A program made the position numbers and the translations under genes. 64,000 nt of DNA from Longimicrobiales bacterium (GTDB lineage Bacteria > Gemmatimonadota > Gemmatimonadetes > Longimicrobiales > Gaopeijiaceae): positions 4,320,001 to 4,384,000 of the forward strand of contig OZ250165.1 of the NCBI GenBank assembly GCA_965238005.1. The letters run 5' to 3'. Positions within the stretch are counted from its first letter, which is position 1; each line of letters opens with the position of its first letter. Under the pieces are notes generated by a model. It was not told the DNA's origin, did not search any database, and saw nothing but the letters and a program-made list of their open reading frames with translations. Of the stretch, positions 37,968 to 48,470 are shown piece after piece.

Positions 37968-39566
37968 ATGCGCCACACCGCCATCCTCGCCATCCTCGCC
38001 ATCGCCGCCGCCCTCGCCGCAGCCCCTGTCGACGCTCAGACGTACGACGTCCTGATCCGCGGTGGCACCGTCATCGACGGCACCGGCACGCCTGGCTTTG
38101 CCGCCGACGTCGCGGTCTCGGACGGCAGGATCGTTGCAATCTCCCGCGACGGGATCGACCCCTCCGAGGCGGAGACCGTCATCGACGCGACCGGACAGGT
38201 CGTCACACCGGGCTTCATCGACAACCACGCGCACGTCCAGCGGACGATCGCCGAGTATCCGCTGGCCGAGAATTTCCTCCGCCAGGGGATCGCTACCATC
38301 GTCGCTTCTCTGCACTCGGGCGCGCAGCCTTGGCCGCTCGAGGACTTCGCCTCGAGCCTCGAGATGGCGCCCAACGTGGGGTTCTTCGCGGGTCACTCGT
38401 GGACGCGCCGGCGTGTCATGGGCATGGACAACCGCGCCCCGACGCCCGAAGAGCTGGAAGAGATGAAGGCCCTCGTCGACCAGTCGATGCGGGAGGGGGC
38501 GCTGGGTCTCTCGACCGGCCTTCTCTACGTGCCCGCGAACTTCGCCGAGACGGAGGAAATCATAGAGCTGGCCAAGATCGCTGCGGCCCACGGCGGAATC
38601 TACGTGAGCCACATGCGGAACGAGGCGAGCGGGCTCCTCGAGTCGGTGGCCGAAGTCATCCGCATCGCGGACGAGGCCGGCATCCCGGCGCAGATCAACC
38701 ACCACAAAGCGACCGGATCCGCACAGTGGGGCTGGAGCGTAAGGACGCTGGCGATGATCGACTCCGCCAACGCGGCCGGGCTGACGGTCACGCACGACCT
38801 CTACCCGTACACCGCTTCAAGCACCGGGTCTTCGATCCTCTTCCCGCAGTGGGCGCTCGCGGACGGCTCAGCGGCGTTTGCGGAGCGCGTTGCCGACCCC
38901 GAGACGCGCGCGCGTCTGGAAGAGGGCATGCGCTTCATCTTCACCACGGACCGGACCGGGGGAGACATCTCCCGCATCCAGTTCCGCGTCTTGGGCTCGG
39001 ATCAGAGCTACAACGGAAAAACGCTAGCGGACTACGCCGCCGACCGCGGGCTTCCTAACGACCTGGAGACAGGGATCGACCTGGCGATCGAGCTCCAGCT
39101 ACGGGGCGGGTTCAGCGCGATCTACCACGCGATGGACGAGGACGACGTCATCCGGATCATGCAGCACCCGCTGGCCATGATCGAGACCGACGGGGACGCG
39201 GTGGGCTACGGGATCGGCTACCCCCACCCGCGCAGCTATGGAGCCTTCCCGCGCGTGCTCGCCCGCTACGTCCGCGAGCTCGGCGTCATCACGCTCGAGG
39301 AGGCCGTGAAGAAGATGACGTCGATGCCGGCCCAGTGGCTCGGACGCGAGGACATGGGCTTCATCGCAGAAGGGATGCGGGCCGACGTGGCGGTCTTCGA
39401 CCCGGACGTGATCGCGGACCGGGCGACGTACGCCGATCCCCACCAATTCTCGGTGGGAATCACCGATCTGCTGGTAAACGGCGTGCCGGTGATCCTCAAC
39501 GGCGGCATCACCGGCGAGAAGCCGGGAAGATGGATTCGCGGACCGGTGCGGAGGCCGATCAGCTAG
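37968..39566 (+). CDS. N-acyl-D-amino-acid deacylase family amidohydrolase
   Basis: PGFIDNHAH, GLSTGLLYVP, SHMRNE, HPRSYGAFPRVL. Confidence 0.92.
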   Translation: MRHTAILAILAIAAALAAAPVDAQTYDVLIRGGTVIDGTGTPGFAADVAVSDGRIVAISRDGIDPSEAETVIDATGQVVTPGFIDNHAHVQRTIAEYPLAENFLRQGIATIVASLHSGAQPWPLEDFASSLEMAPNVGFFAGHSWTRRRVMGMDNRAPTPEELEEMKALVDQSMREGALGLSTGLLYVPANFAETEEIIELAKIAAAHGGIYVSHMRNEASGLLESVAEVIRIADEAGIPAQINHHKATGSAQWGWSVRTLAMIDSANAAGLTVTHDLYPYTASSTGSSILFPQWALADGSAAFAERVADPETRARLEEGMRFIFTTDRTGGDISRIQFRVLGSDQSYNGKTLADYAADRGLPNDLETGIDLAIELQLRGGFSAIYHAMDEDDVIRIMQHPLAMIETDGDAVGYGIGYPHPRSYGAFPRVLARYVRELGVITLEEAVKKMTSMPAQWLGREDMGFIAEGMRADVAVFDPDVIADRATYADPHQFSVGITDLLVNGVPVILNGGITGEKPGRWIRGPVRRPIS

Positions 39567-39591
39567 GATGGAGTCCGGGTCGTCCTGGAAC

Positions 39592-39775
39592 GGCGATCGA
39601 GAAAACCGTGTGGTTCGGCTCTGGAGCGCTCGAGCGCTTCCGGTACGACTCCAACTACAACAACCTGCCCCCGTTCGGGACAATTCAGCTGGCGTTCGAG
39701 CGGGGGGCCGCCGAGTTTGGTCAGGAATCGACGCAGGGTACCACGCTGTTCTTGAAGGTCTCGACCGTCCTATAG
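39592..39775 (+). pseudogene. C-terminal remnant of an outer-membrane (DUF5916-like) protein
   Basis: LPPFGTIQLAFERG...QGTTLFLKVSTVL*. Confidence 0.4.
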
Positions 39776-39815
39776 CGTCAGCCTCTCCCACCAACTTGTC
39801 CACGCCCCCACCAGA

Positions 39816-39962
39816 TGGTACGGTGTAGCCAACGTGAAGTGGCTGAAGCGGATCGCGGTCAGGGACACGCGCTTCATGGGCCGGTTCATGGCTCGGGACT
39901 ACGTGACGCTTCGGGAGGAGCAGCGGAACGGCGAAACCGTGTGGACCGAGTCTTCCGTCGTA
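39816..39962 (+). pseudogene. Sulfite oxidase family molybdoenzyme internal fragment
   Basis: WYGVANVKWLKRIAVRDTRFMGRFMARDYVTLREE. Confidence 0.75.
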
Positions 39963-40042
39963 CTGGGAGAGCAACGGGCAGGTGACGAGGCGGATCCTGA
40001 TCGACTGACGGCGAGCGCCAGCACCTGCCGAGAAGGAAGGTC

Positions 40043-40816
40043 GTGATGAAAGGACGCTGTCGCCACAGCATCAGTCGCGCCTCGGCATTCTCCGGCCTCG
40101 CGCTGCTCGTGCTCTTCGCGACAGCACCGTCACGGCCTGGTTTCGCAGCCCAGAGTGGACAGCCACAGGTAGCCGCTACGGGTGCGCTGGAAGGTTATGT
40201 GCGTCTAGCAGGTGAGTCCCGGCCCGCACCAACGCGTGTGCAGAACACAACGGATCCAGAGGTATGTGGCCTCGAACACAGCCTCGAGGACTTGATGCTG
40301 TCGGCGGAGACTCGAGGCGTTCAGCATGTGATCGGGACGCTGGTCGACGTCCCCACAGATCAGCTTCCTGCCGGACTTCCGCAACGGCTCGTCATCGACA
40401 ACCACGAATGTCGGTTCATTCCACACGTGGCGGTAGCGAGGGTAGGGGACACGATCGTGGCGAAGAACAGCGACCCGATTTTTCACACCACTCACTACTA
40501 CGGTCCCCTCACTTCCAACGTAGCTCTGCCGGTGGAGGGAATGACCGTCTCCCGAGTATTCCGGCGTTCAGGTATGATCAGCGTATTGTGTGATACCCAT
40601 GGCTGGATGCGGGCCTTTGTTCGAGTGGATGTCCACCCTTTTCACGCGGTTTCGGACGAGCTCGGCTTCCTCCGGATCTTCGGAATCCCGCCGGGGAGCT
40701 ACACGCTAGAGCTTTGGCACGAAACGCTGGGTACGCAGCAGGTTCGGGTTGAGATTCGATCAGGCGAGACGGCGCGGCTCGACCTCGAGTACGCGCTCAC
40801 TCACTCTCGACCCTAG
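40043..40816 (+). CDS. Secreted carboxypeptidase-regulatory/cupredoxin-like domain protein
   Basis: CRFIPHV, NSDPIFH, CDTHGWM, IPPGSYTLELWHE. Confidence 0.8.
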   Translation: MMKGRCRHSISRASAFSGLALLVLFATAPSRPGFAAQSGQPQVAATGALEGYVRLAGESRPAPTRVQNTTDPEVCGLEHSLEDLMLSAETRGVQHVIGTLVDVPTDQLPAGLPQRLVIDNHECRFIPHVAVARVGDTIVAKNSDPIFHTTHYYGPLTSNVALPVEGMTVSRVFRRSGMISVLCDTHGWMRAFVRVDVHPFHAVSDELGFLRIFGIPPGSYTLELWHETLGTQQVRVEIRSGETARLDLEYALTHSRP

Positions 40817-41023
40817 TGTGGTGTTACAGAAGTTCGCGAGCCACCGAGAGTGCCGAGGCGCCGGATCCGGGGTACCCGCGCCGTTAGGCGTGGGTCAGGC
40901 GCGACGACGAGGAATAGCAACGCGGGCACCGCGGCCGAAGGCCGTGGTCCGAGGAGGAGGAACGCCGCAGGGCCGGATGCATCGGTGCTCGAATGGCCGA
41001 GACACTTCTGTAACACCATACTA
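40814..41023. mobile_element. IS630-like MITE / internally deleted IS (210 bp)
   Basis: Terminal inverted repeats TAGTGTGGTGTTACAGAAGT (40814-40833) and ACTTCTGTAACACCATACTA (41004-41023), 19/20 match, TA at both ends. Confidence 0.75.
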
Positions 41024-41052
41024 CACTCAGACGAAAAAATCGGAGGCGCGCT

Positions 41053-41781
41053 ATGAAAGGCACAGCTGCTCTCGTGCTCATGGGGACCGTTGGGGCCCTC
41101 CTTGGCGGGGCTGCCGAGGGCCAAGAGGCCACGCCGCGGATGCAGCCGGGGGCTGCCATGACCCTGTACGCGCCCGAACAGCACGATCTCTACGACGGTC
41201 GCTTCGTTCTCTCCGCTGGCCGCGTACACCAGGTCGGACGTCTCCGGGACGCGCCCGGGTGGGATCACATGGGCAACGACGGGGCAGGCGTGCACCCCGT
41301 CGGTGGCACGGTCGAGATAGACGTGAATGAGATCGACAACACCGGGCGGTTCGTAGCGCGGCTGGAGGTCCCGGAGGGAGATCTCTCCATTGAAATGGAT
41401 CGATTCAACGAATTCAGTCCGTGTCAGGACGGGGGAGTCGCGGCCTTCATCTTCGAGCACGGCGACTCAGGATGCGGTGATACCAACTGGCCCAAGACGC
41501 TTCTGTATGTGGCGGGTTGGGGTTTTGGTCACGCGACCCTGAACGGCGCGACGCTCTATGAGGACTACCAGATACATTTCATGGTGACGCAGGGCATGCG
41601 CGACCGGGAAACTCTAGAGGTGAACTATCCGCTTCTGAACAAGAGCTCCGCGGCGGGCGCCGTGAATCCCGCGGTCATCCAACTCGACTTCTTCATACGC
41701 AGCCCGGAGGGGGACGACAGAAACGACCCCACGCGTGCGGTCTTCGATCACTTCTTCGCAATGGAAGTGACTTGGAGGTAG
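41053..41781 (+). CDS. Secreted hypothetical protein
   Basis: RBS GGAGG, signal peptide, 242 aa. Confidence 0.75.
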   Translation: MKGTAALVLMGTVGALLGGAAEGQEATPRMQPGAAMTLYAPEQHDLYDGRFVLSAGRVHQVGRLRDAPGWDHMGNDGAGVHPVGGTVEIDVNEIDNTGRFVARLEVPEGDLSIEMDRFNEFSPCQDGGVAAFIFEHGDSGCGDTNWPKTLLYVAGWGFGHATLNGATLYEDYQIHFMVTQGMRDRETLEVNYPLLNKSSAAGAVNPAVIQLDFFIRSPEGDDRNDPTRAVFDHFFAMEVTWR

Positions 41782-41807
41782 ATACGGCCTCCTTTGAGCT
41801 TCGAGGC

Positions 41808-44237
41808 TCAGGGGTGCTTGTACACCTCCCCGTCCTTCATCACGAAGACGACGCGCCCCAGCGCGGAGATGTCTTCGAGTGGGTTGCCCTGGACCGCGAT
41901 CACGTCAGCCAGCAGTCCCCCGGCCAGGTTTCCCCGATCGGGTAGGTCGAACGCCTCCGCGGCCCGGGTCGTGGCGCTGACGATCGCGTCCTTGGTGGAT
42001 TGGCCCGCGACGACGCGACGCTCGAACTCGATGGCGTTCGTACCCTCCCAGAGCCAGCCACGGTTCGCGTCCGTGCCGAAGACGATCCGGACTCCCTTTT
42101 CGACGGCTTTGGTGAATACCCGGGTGCGCGGCGGTAGGAAGTCGATGGTGAATTGGAGTGCCGCACCGCTGTATCCCATCTGGTCCGCGTGCTCCACGTA
42201 GTACTCGCCGAGGTACAGGTTGGGCGAGTAATACGTGCCCCGCTCGGCCATCAGGTCCAGGGTCGCGTCGTCGAGCAAGGCGCCGTGCTCGATGGTACGG
42301 GCCCCGGCAAGGATCGCCCGTCGGGCACCTGCCGGTGCGTGGGCGTGTGCCGACACCGGCTTTCCGGCGCGCTGCGCTTCGTCCACGAGCCAGTCGAGCT
42401 GCTCCTGTGAGAACACCGGGGCCCCGCCGGACCGGCTGCTCAAGGTGGCCATGACCTTCACCCAGTCGACGCCCTGGGCCACACGGCCCCGTACCATGGC
42501 CCGGATGGTCCGCTCACCGGACGGCTGTTCGTAGGCGGTCCGACTGGCGTCCTCGGCACCCACCAGCTCATCCCAGCCGATCCAGCGGCCGGACACCACC
42601 ATCCGGGGGCCCGGGACCAATCGCTCCTCTATTGCGTCTCGAAGAGCGACGGCGGCGGGGGTCAGGCTGCCCAGGCTGCGAACGGTCGTGAACCCGCTCA
42701 TCAAGACGCTCTCGGCATTACGCGCGCCGTAGAGCGCCTCCTTCGGCTCGCTCGCACCGGGCTCGAAGTTGGCCGTGATGTGCACGTGACCATCGATGAG
42801 TCCCGGCAAGATCGTGTAGCCCGTCAGATCGATGACGCGGTCCCCGGTGGGACGTTGCGTGGATGAGCGTACCGACCGGATCTGATCCCCCCGCACCACG
42901 ATCACCGGATTCTGGACGACATTCCCGTCTCCATCGATCGCCATGTCCGAGAGCAGGACGATCCCCTCCTCCTGACCAGCGGCCGGTGTCGCGAGCGGGA
43001 GGTGCGGTCGCTTGCAGACCTCGCCGTCCTTCATCACGAACACGGACCGGCCCAGCGCTTTGATGTCCTCCAGAGGGTTGCCGTCCACGGCGATGATGTC
43101 TGCGAGCATGCCCTCCTCCAGGTTGCCGACATCATCCATGAACAGAGCTTCCGCGGCCCGAGTCGTCGCACTTACGATCGCGTCCTTGGTGGTCTGGCCC
43201 GCTGCGTGACGGCGCTCGAACTCGAGGGCGGTGGTGCCGGACCAGATCCAACCCGAGTTGGAGTCCGTGCTGAAGACGATCTTCACACCCTTTCGGACCG
43301 CGTTCGAGAATACCTCGGTGCGGATGGAGAGAAACTCCTTCGTGAATCGGATGGCCTCTCCTGAATAACCGAACTCGTCGGCGTGCTCGACGTAGTACTC
43401 ACCCAGGTAGAGGTTGGGCGCGTAGTAGGTCCCCCGCTCCACCATCAGATCCAGGGTCTCGTCGTCCAGCAGAGCGCCGTGCTCGATGGTGCGCGCTCCC
43501 GCCACGATGGCCCGCCGGGCGCCCTCGGGGGCGTGAGCGTGGGCCGAGACCGGCTTGTGCTGCGTCCTCGCCTCGTCCATGGCCCAGTCGAGCTGCTCCT
43601 GCGAGTAGGTCGGAGTACCGCCCTGACGGCTGCTCCGGGTGGCGAAGACCTTGATCCAGTCGACGTCGTCGTCGGAGCGATCCCTTACCCACTCGCGTAT
43701 GGCCCCTTCCCCGGCTGGCCCGTTTCCCTCTGTCAAGCGATCCCCCTCGGCGGCCGCAAGGACGGCGTCGGTCAACCCCTGGCCCGAAACCAACAGCCTC
43801 GGGCCCGGCGCGAGACCCTGGTCGATGGCGTCCCGAAGGGCCGTGGCCACCCCCGTCGGACTTCCAAGGCTGCGCACCGTCGTGAACCCGCTTTCGAACA
43901 ACACTCGCGCGTTGCGCGCCGCGTAGAGGGCCGTCAACGCGCGACCATCGCCCCGGCCGAAGCTCGCTCCGATGTGGGCATGTGCATCGATCATCCCCGG
44001 CAGCAACGTGTATCCCCGCAGGTCGATCACCTCCCCACCCTCTGGGGGAGTGGTCGACGATCGGATCATTCGAATTTGGTTCCCGCGGATCACGATCACG
44101 GGGTTCGGAATCGGGTTCCCGTATCCGTCGATCGCGAGATCCGCGACCAGGACGATATCTCGCCCCTGCCCCCGTGCGGGTGCGGCCCCCAGCACGACGA
44201 CGGCCGTCACAGCCAACAGCATTCGGATCGTTCCCAT
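41808..44237 (-). CDS. Double amidohydrolase (two Xaa-Pro dipeptidase-like domains fused)
   Basis: PGMIDAHAH...AHAH...TIEHG...STDS, repeated as PGLIDGHVH...AHAH...TIEHG...GTDA. Confidence 0.9.
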   Translation of the reverse strand: MGTIRMLLAVTAVVVLGAAPARGQGRDIVLVADLAIDGYGNPIPNPVIVIRGNQIRMIRSSTTPPEGGEVIDLRGYTLLPGMIDAHAHIGASFGRGDGRALTALYAARNARVLFESGFTTVRSLGSPTGVATALRDAIDQGLAPGPRLLVSGQGLTDAVLAAAEGDRLTEGNGPAGEGAIREWVRDRSDDDVDWIKVFATRSSRQGGTPTYSQEQLDWAMDEARTQHKPVSAHAHAPEGARRAIVAGARTIEHGALLDDETLDLMVERGTYYAPNLYLGEYYVEHADEFGYSGEAIRFTKEFLSIRTEVFSNAVRKGVKIVFSTDSNSGWIWSGTTALEFERRHAAGQTTKDAIVSATTRAAEALFMDDVGNLEEGMLADIIAVDGNPLEDIKALGRSVFVMKDGEVCKRPHLPLATPAAGQEEGIVLLSDMAIDGDGNVVQNPVIVVRGDQIRSVRSSTQRPTGDRVIDLTGYTILPGLIDGHVHITANFEPGASEPKEALYGARNAESVLMSGFTTVRSLGSLTPAAVALRDAIEERLVPGPRMVVSGRWIGWDELVGAEDASRTAYEQPSGERTIRAMVRGRVAQGVDWVKVMATLSSRSGGAPVFSQEQLDWLVDEAQRAGKPVSAHAHAPAGARRAILAGARTIEHGALLDDATLDLMAERGTYYSPNLYLGEYYVEHADQMGYSGAALQFTIDFLPPRTRVFTKAVEKGVRIVFGTDANRGWLWEGTNAIEFERRVVAGQSTKDAIVSATTRAAEAFDLPDRGNLAGGLLADVIAVQGNPLEDISALGRVVFVMKDGEVYKHP

Positions 44238-45868
44238 CACCCTACTCCTTGCTCCCGTGTAGGCGGGTGGTCGCGGGTGATCTCGGAGGCCGACCGGAGC
44301 GACAGCGCCGAGAAGGTCAGAGTGCCGTTGTTGCACCCGCCGGAAACCAGCGTCGGCGCCCCCACCACGAAGAGGTTCTCGTGATCGTGGCTCCGCCCCC
44401 AGGAGTCGACGACGGACGTGCCCGGGTCCGTGCCCATGCGGCACCCTCCCCCCGGGTGGTCCTGCGTGTCGTCCTCGGAGGTGCCCAGCACGCGGCCCCC
44501 TCCGGCGCGGGCGATGTCTGCGTGGATGCTGCGGATACGCTCCTCCGTGGCGCCGCGCACGCTTCGCGAGACCGGATCGTCCCGAAACTCGAGGCGCGGC
44601 AGCGGATCGTCGAAGCGGTTCGTCGCGGACGGGTCGAGAACGACGCTGCTGTCCCGGTCCGGCAGGACGTCGTAGTACGACCGCATGCGCGCCGTGCCCG
44701 TCTCGGTCCGGGCGCGCCAGTCCGCCATTGCGGCGTCACCGACGAGGAGGTTGCCGCCGCCGCCGCGCAGGCGGGGTCCCCGCTGGGTCGTCGACTCCCA
44801 CACGCGGAAGTCGTGCCGCACATACGGTAGGTCCCCCAGCCCCGGGCCCCCGGAGAGCGTGGGGCGCTGGAAGTACTTGGAGAGGAGCGAGTGCCCGTAG
44901 TTCATCCCCGGGATCAGTCGCATCGGCAGCTCAACGAACGCGCTCACGCTCCGGTGCCCGGTCATGTACCGGCCCAGCGTGCCGGACGAGTTCGCCAACC
45001 CGTCGGGGAAGCGGGGGCTCTGGGACAGCATCAGCAGCCACGGGCTCCACGTGTAGCCCGCCGCCAGCACGAAGGTCCGGGCCCGGAACACGATCTCGGT
45101 GTCCGGCTCGTCGTAGCTCCGCGCCAGCGCGGCGTGGATCCTGTCGCTCTCCTCCTCCAGCTCCAGGCGGCGCACCAGGGTGCGGGGCATCAGGCGGATG
45201 CGCCCGTCCGCCACGAGCTGCTGGAAGGTGAAGTCGGGCGTATACTTGGCGCCGGTGGGGCAGATGTTGCAGGTGTCGCAGCGCTGGCAGACGTTGCGCC
45301 CCCGCCACGGCCGCGTGTTCTTGGCGACCGGGTTCGTCCAGGCCGGGATGCCCGCGTCCCTCACCCAGGCCCGGAGGCGCTCCAAGGTCCAGGTGAGAGG
45401 GACCGCGGGCATGGGGTAGGAGGCCGAGCGGGGATCCAGCGCCTCCGGGCCCTGCTCCCCGGCCACGCCGATCCGCTCCTCCGCTTCCTGGTACCAGGGG
45501 TCCATCTCGTCGTAGTCGATGGGCCAGTCCTGAAAGACGCCGAACGTGGAGCGGATCCGGAAGTCCTCCGGGGAATACCGCGGGACGGTCCCACCCCAGT
45601 GCAGCGCCTGCCCTCCAACGACCATCGACCGCGACATGATCCCGGCCGCCCACTGGTCCTCGATATGGTCGTCCGTCCACGGGTTTTCGTCGTAGTCCAT
45701 GTAGCGGCGGCGCCGCTCGAAGCGCTCCTCCAGCGGCGCGGAGTGCCCCCCGGCCTCGACCACGAGGACGTCCAGGTCCCGCTCCTCCGTGAGCCGCTCG
45801 GCGACCATGGCGGCGCCGATCCCCCCACCGATGACGACGATGTCGGCCTCCTCGATGCGGCGCCTCAC
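44237..45868 (-). CDS. GMC family oxidoreductase
   Basis: IVVIGGGIG FAD motif, CQRCDTCNICPTGAK, HPGGGCRMG. Confidence 0.92.
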   Translation of the reverse strand: MRRRIEEADIVVIGGGIGAAMVAERLTEERDLDVLVVEAGGHSAPLEERFERRRRYMDYDENPWTDDHIEDQWAAGIMSRSMVVGGQALHWGGTVPRYSPEDFRIRSTFGVFQDWPIDYDEMDPWYQEAEERIGVAGEQGPEALDPRSASYPMPAVPLTWTLERLRAWVRDAGIPAWTNPVAKNTRPWRGRNVCQRCDTCNICPTGAKYTPDFTFQQLVADGRIRLMPRTLVRRLELEEESDRIHAALARSYDEPDTEIVFRARTFVLAAGYTWSPWLLMLSQSPRFPDGLANSSGTLGRYMTGHRSVSAFVELPMRLIPGMNYGHSLLSKYFQRPTLSGGPGLGDLPYVRHDFRVWESTTQRGPRLRGGGGNLLVGDAAMADWRARTETGTARMRSYYDVLPDRDSSVVLDPSATNRFDDPLPRLEFRDDPVSRSVRGATEERIRSIHADIARAGGGRVLGTSEDDTQDHPGGGCRMGTDPGTSVVDSWGRSHDHENLFVVGAPTLVSGGCNNGTLTFSALSLRSASEITRDHPPTREQGVG

Positions 45869-46473
45869 GAGAGGGCCTCCGGCTCGTCGGACGACCGCTC
45901 CAGGTTGCGGCACGTGCGCGGCGAAACGCGCCGCCCGTAGCAAAGGTCCACCGCCTCCGGCGAGTCGAACCAGTGGGCCATGAGCGCCGTGGCCACGTGG
46001 CGGGCACGAAGGGGTGACGGGAGGCCGGTGCCGCGGTCGGCGGCCATCGCCGCGGTGACGAGGTCATGCCGTGCGGGGCCGTCCATCTCGGCGAAGGGCG
46101 CCCCATGGCGCCTGTGCGCCTCCAGATCCAGCGCGTCGAGCTGGGCCCGCCAGCCGGGGGCGGGGTCGGGCGGTCCGTAGCGGATCTCGTGGGTGCCGTA
46201 TCCGTGGTTCAGCTCCGGCACTGCCCTATAGTCCCGCACCCACGCGGCGAAGTCGGCCACCGCCTGCGCCCGCCCGTCGTCGCCGAGCTCCGCCGGCAGG
46301 ACGACCGCCCCCACCGCGTCGAGGAGCGGACCGGCCAGATCACGGCTGGGCTCGGCGGTCTCGCCGGTCTGGGCGGTATCGCTGGGCGGTGTGCCCGGCA
46401 CACACCCGGCGGCAGCCGCGGCGGAGAGAGCCGCGCCGGTGCGCTTGAGGAAGCTACGGCGATCGTGGGTCAT
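45865..46473 (-). CDS. Tat-exported gluconate-2-dehydrogenase subunit 3-like protein
   Basis: DRRSFLK twin-arginine signal; overlaps the GMC gene. Confidence 0.75.
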   Translation of the reverse strand: MTHDRRSFLKRTGAALSAAAAAGCVPGTPPSDTAQTGETAEPSRDLAGPLLDAVGAVVLPAELGDDGRAQAVADFAAWVRDYRAVPELNHGYGTHEIRYGPPDPAPGWRAQLDALDLEAHRRHGAPFAEMDGPARHDLVTAAMAADRGTGLPSPLRARHVATALMAHWFDSPEAVDLCYGRRVSPRTCRNLERSSDEPEALS

Positions 46474-48470
46474 GGGTCGGGCAGCGCGAAGACCACCAGC
46501 GTTCCACCGTCAGCCCCGCCACCCGCGGCGATCGCCACGTACTGACGACCGTCCGACGTCCCGTACGACATCGGGTTGGCGTAGCCGCGGGCGGGCAGCT
46601 CGCCGCGCCACAGCTCCTCTCCGGTGGAGGCGTCGAAGGCCCAGAGCGCGTCGTCCCCTCCCGTAAGGAAGACGAGGCCGCCACGGGTGACGATGGGCCC
46701 TGGCGCTCCGGACACACCGAGTCGATCCGGGAGCGCCACCCCCGCGAGCGCCGGATTCGAGCGCACCCGCTCGTCGTCGCCCACCGGGACCTGCCAGGTG
46801 ATCTCCCCGCGGTTCATGTCGATGGCGGTGAGCGTGCCGTACGGCGGGTCGATGATCGGAATGCCGTCCACACGCGTCCGCCCCCGCTTCTCCCGGTCGA
46901 TGTTCCACTCCGCGACGACCCGCATGGTGTCGGCGGGGCCGAGGACAAACACCGCCGGACTCTCCGTGGACTTCACGTACAGCCAGCCGGTCTCCGGATC
47001 GACCGCCGAGCCGCCCCAGTTTCCCCCGCCGATGATCCCGGGCAGGCCGAGCGTCCCCTCGATCGAGGGCGGCGTGTAGAGCGCCCCGAAGCGCATCCCC
47101 CGGACGAGCTCCCGCGCCTTGCGATTGAGCTCGTCTGTGAGGCTCACAAGATCCGCCTCCATGAACCCCTGCCGCGCGAAGGGCGGCGGCCGGGTGGGGA
47201 AGGGCTGGGTTCGGGCAGCACGCTCGCCGGGCACGTCCGAGGCGGGAACCGGGCGGTCCTTGACGGGCCACACCGGCTCGCCGGTCACGCGGTCAAAGGC
47301 GAACACGAAGCCCGTTTTCGCGCTGATCGCCACCGCGTCGACACTGCGCCCGTCGACCTCCGCCGTGTACAGCACCGGCGCACCGGGCAGGTCGTAGTCC
47401 CAGAGGCCGTGGCGTACGGTCTGGAAGTGCCAGACCCGCTCGCCGGTGCGCGCGTCCAGGCAGAGGAGCGCCTCCGCGAACAAGTTGTCGCCCTTCCGGT
47501 CCCCGCCGTAGTAGTCTCCGCTTGGCGTGCCCATGGGCACATACAGGAGCCCGCGCTCCACGTCCACGGTCATGGGCGCCCACGCGTTGGTGTGGCCCTT
47601 CACACGCCACGACCCGTCCTCCCACGTCTCGTTGCCGAACTCGCCTTCCTGGGGGATCGGGTTGAAGCCCCAGACCTTCCGGCCGGTGTGGACGTCGAAG
47701 GCCTGGATGTCACCCGGGGGGTCGCGGGGGTAGACGAACCCGTCCCACACGCCGTTGCCCACGATCACGAGGTCCCCGAAGACCACCGGCGGGGAGGTCT
47801 GCGTGTAGTGCAGACGGTTCGTCGGCCACAGGAGCGTCTCCGTGAGGTCCACCTCGCCGTGGTGGCCGAAGTCCTCGACGGGCGTGCCGGTCGCCGCGTC
47901 CAGAGCGATGAGGCGCCAGCGGGTGTTGAGGAAGATCCTCCTGCCGTCGGGTCCGGTCCACAGCACGACCCCGCGGTGGACCAGGCCCGTCCCGTTGGGT
48001 GGGCGGCCCCACTCCACGGTGCGCGGATCGTAGGACCAGAGCTCGGCACCGGTGCGTGCATCGAGCGCCACCACGCGGTTGAAGGGCGTGGACAGGTACA
48101 TGGTGTCGCCCACCACGAGCGGTGTGACCTCGAAGTTGCCCGCTCTCACGTCCTGGCCCGGGATGGGGCGGAGCGGCGCGGAGATCGGCACGTCTCCTGT
48201 CTCCCAGCTCCACGCCACCTCCAGCGAGGCCACGTTGCTCCGGTCGATCGACGCGAGCGGCGAGTACTTCGTCCCGTCCGTGTTGCCTCCGTAGGTGGGC
48301 CAGTCGCCCTCGGCCGCTGTCCAGGAGCCGCCACCGTTCGAGCCCGGAGCGCAGGCGAGGGTGAGGAGGCCTCCCGCCACGAGGGCGCCGACCGTACGGA
48401 CGCCGGGCCGGCGTCCCGTGCGATAGCGGCCTTCCAGGGCTGCGTTCAGGCGGGTGATGAGATCGGTCAT
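46470..48470 (-). CDS. PQQ-dependent (glucose/quinate-type) dehydrogenase with kinase-derived N-terminal 17 aa
   Basis: DWPTYGG, FEVTPLVV, WHFQTVRHGLWDYD, ANPMSY; starts MTDLITRLNAALEGRYR. Confidence 0.9.
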   Translation of the reverse strand: MTDLITRLNAALEGRYRTGRRPGVRTVGALVAGGLLTLACAPGSNGGGSWTAAEGDWPTYGGNTDGTKYSPLASIDRSNVASLEVAWSWETGDVPISAPLRPIPGQDVRAGNFEVTPLVVGDTMYLSTPFNRVVALDARTGAELWSYDPRTVEWGRPPNGTGLVHRGVVLWTGPDGRRIFLNTRWRLIALDAATGTPVEDFGHHGEVDLTETLLWPTNRLHYTQTSPPVVFGDLVIVGNGVWDGFVYPRDPPGDIQAFDVHTGRKVWGFNPIPQEGEFGNETWEDGSWRVKGHTNAWAPMTVDVERGLLYVPMGTPSGDYYGGDRKGDNLFAEALLCLDARTGERVWHFQTVRHGLWDYDLPGAPVLYTAEVDGRSVDAVAISAKTGFVFAFDRVTGEPVWPVKDRPVPASDVPGERAARTQPFPTRPPPFARQGFMEADLVSLTDELNRKARELVRGMRFGALYTPPSIEGTLGLPGIIGGGNWGGSAVDPETGWLYVKSTESPAVFVLGPADTMRVVAEWNIDREKRGRTRVDGIPIIDPPYGTLTAIDMNRGEITWQVPVGDDERVRSNPALAGVALPDRLGVSGAPGPIVTRGGLVFLTGGDDALWAFDASTGEELWRGELPARGYANPMSYGTSDGRQYVAIAAGGGADGGTLVVFALPDP

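Noticed and set aside
37737..38795. N-terminal extension of the 796-aa cysteine synthase ORF
   Set aside because: Antisense to the D-aminoacylase; a good RBS and ATG occur at 37736.
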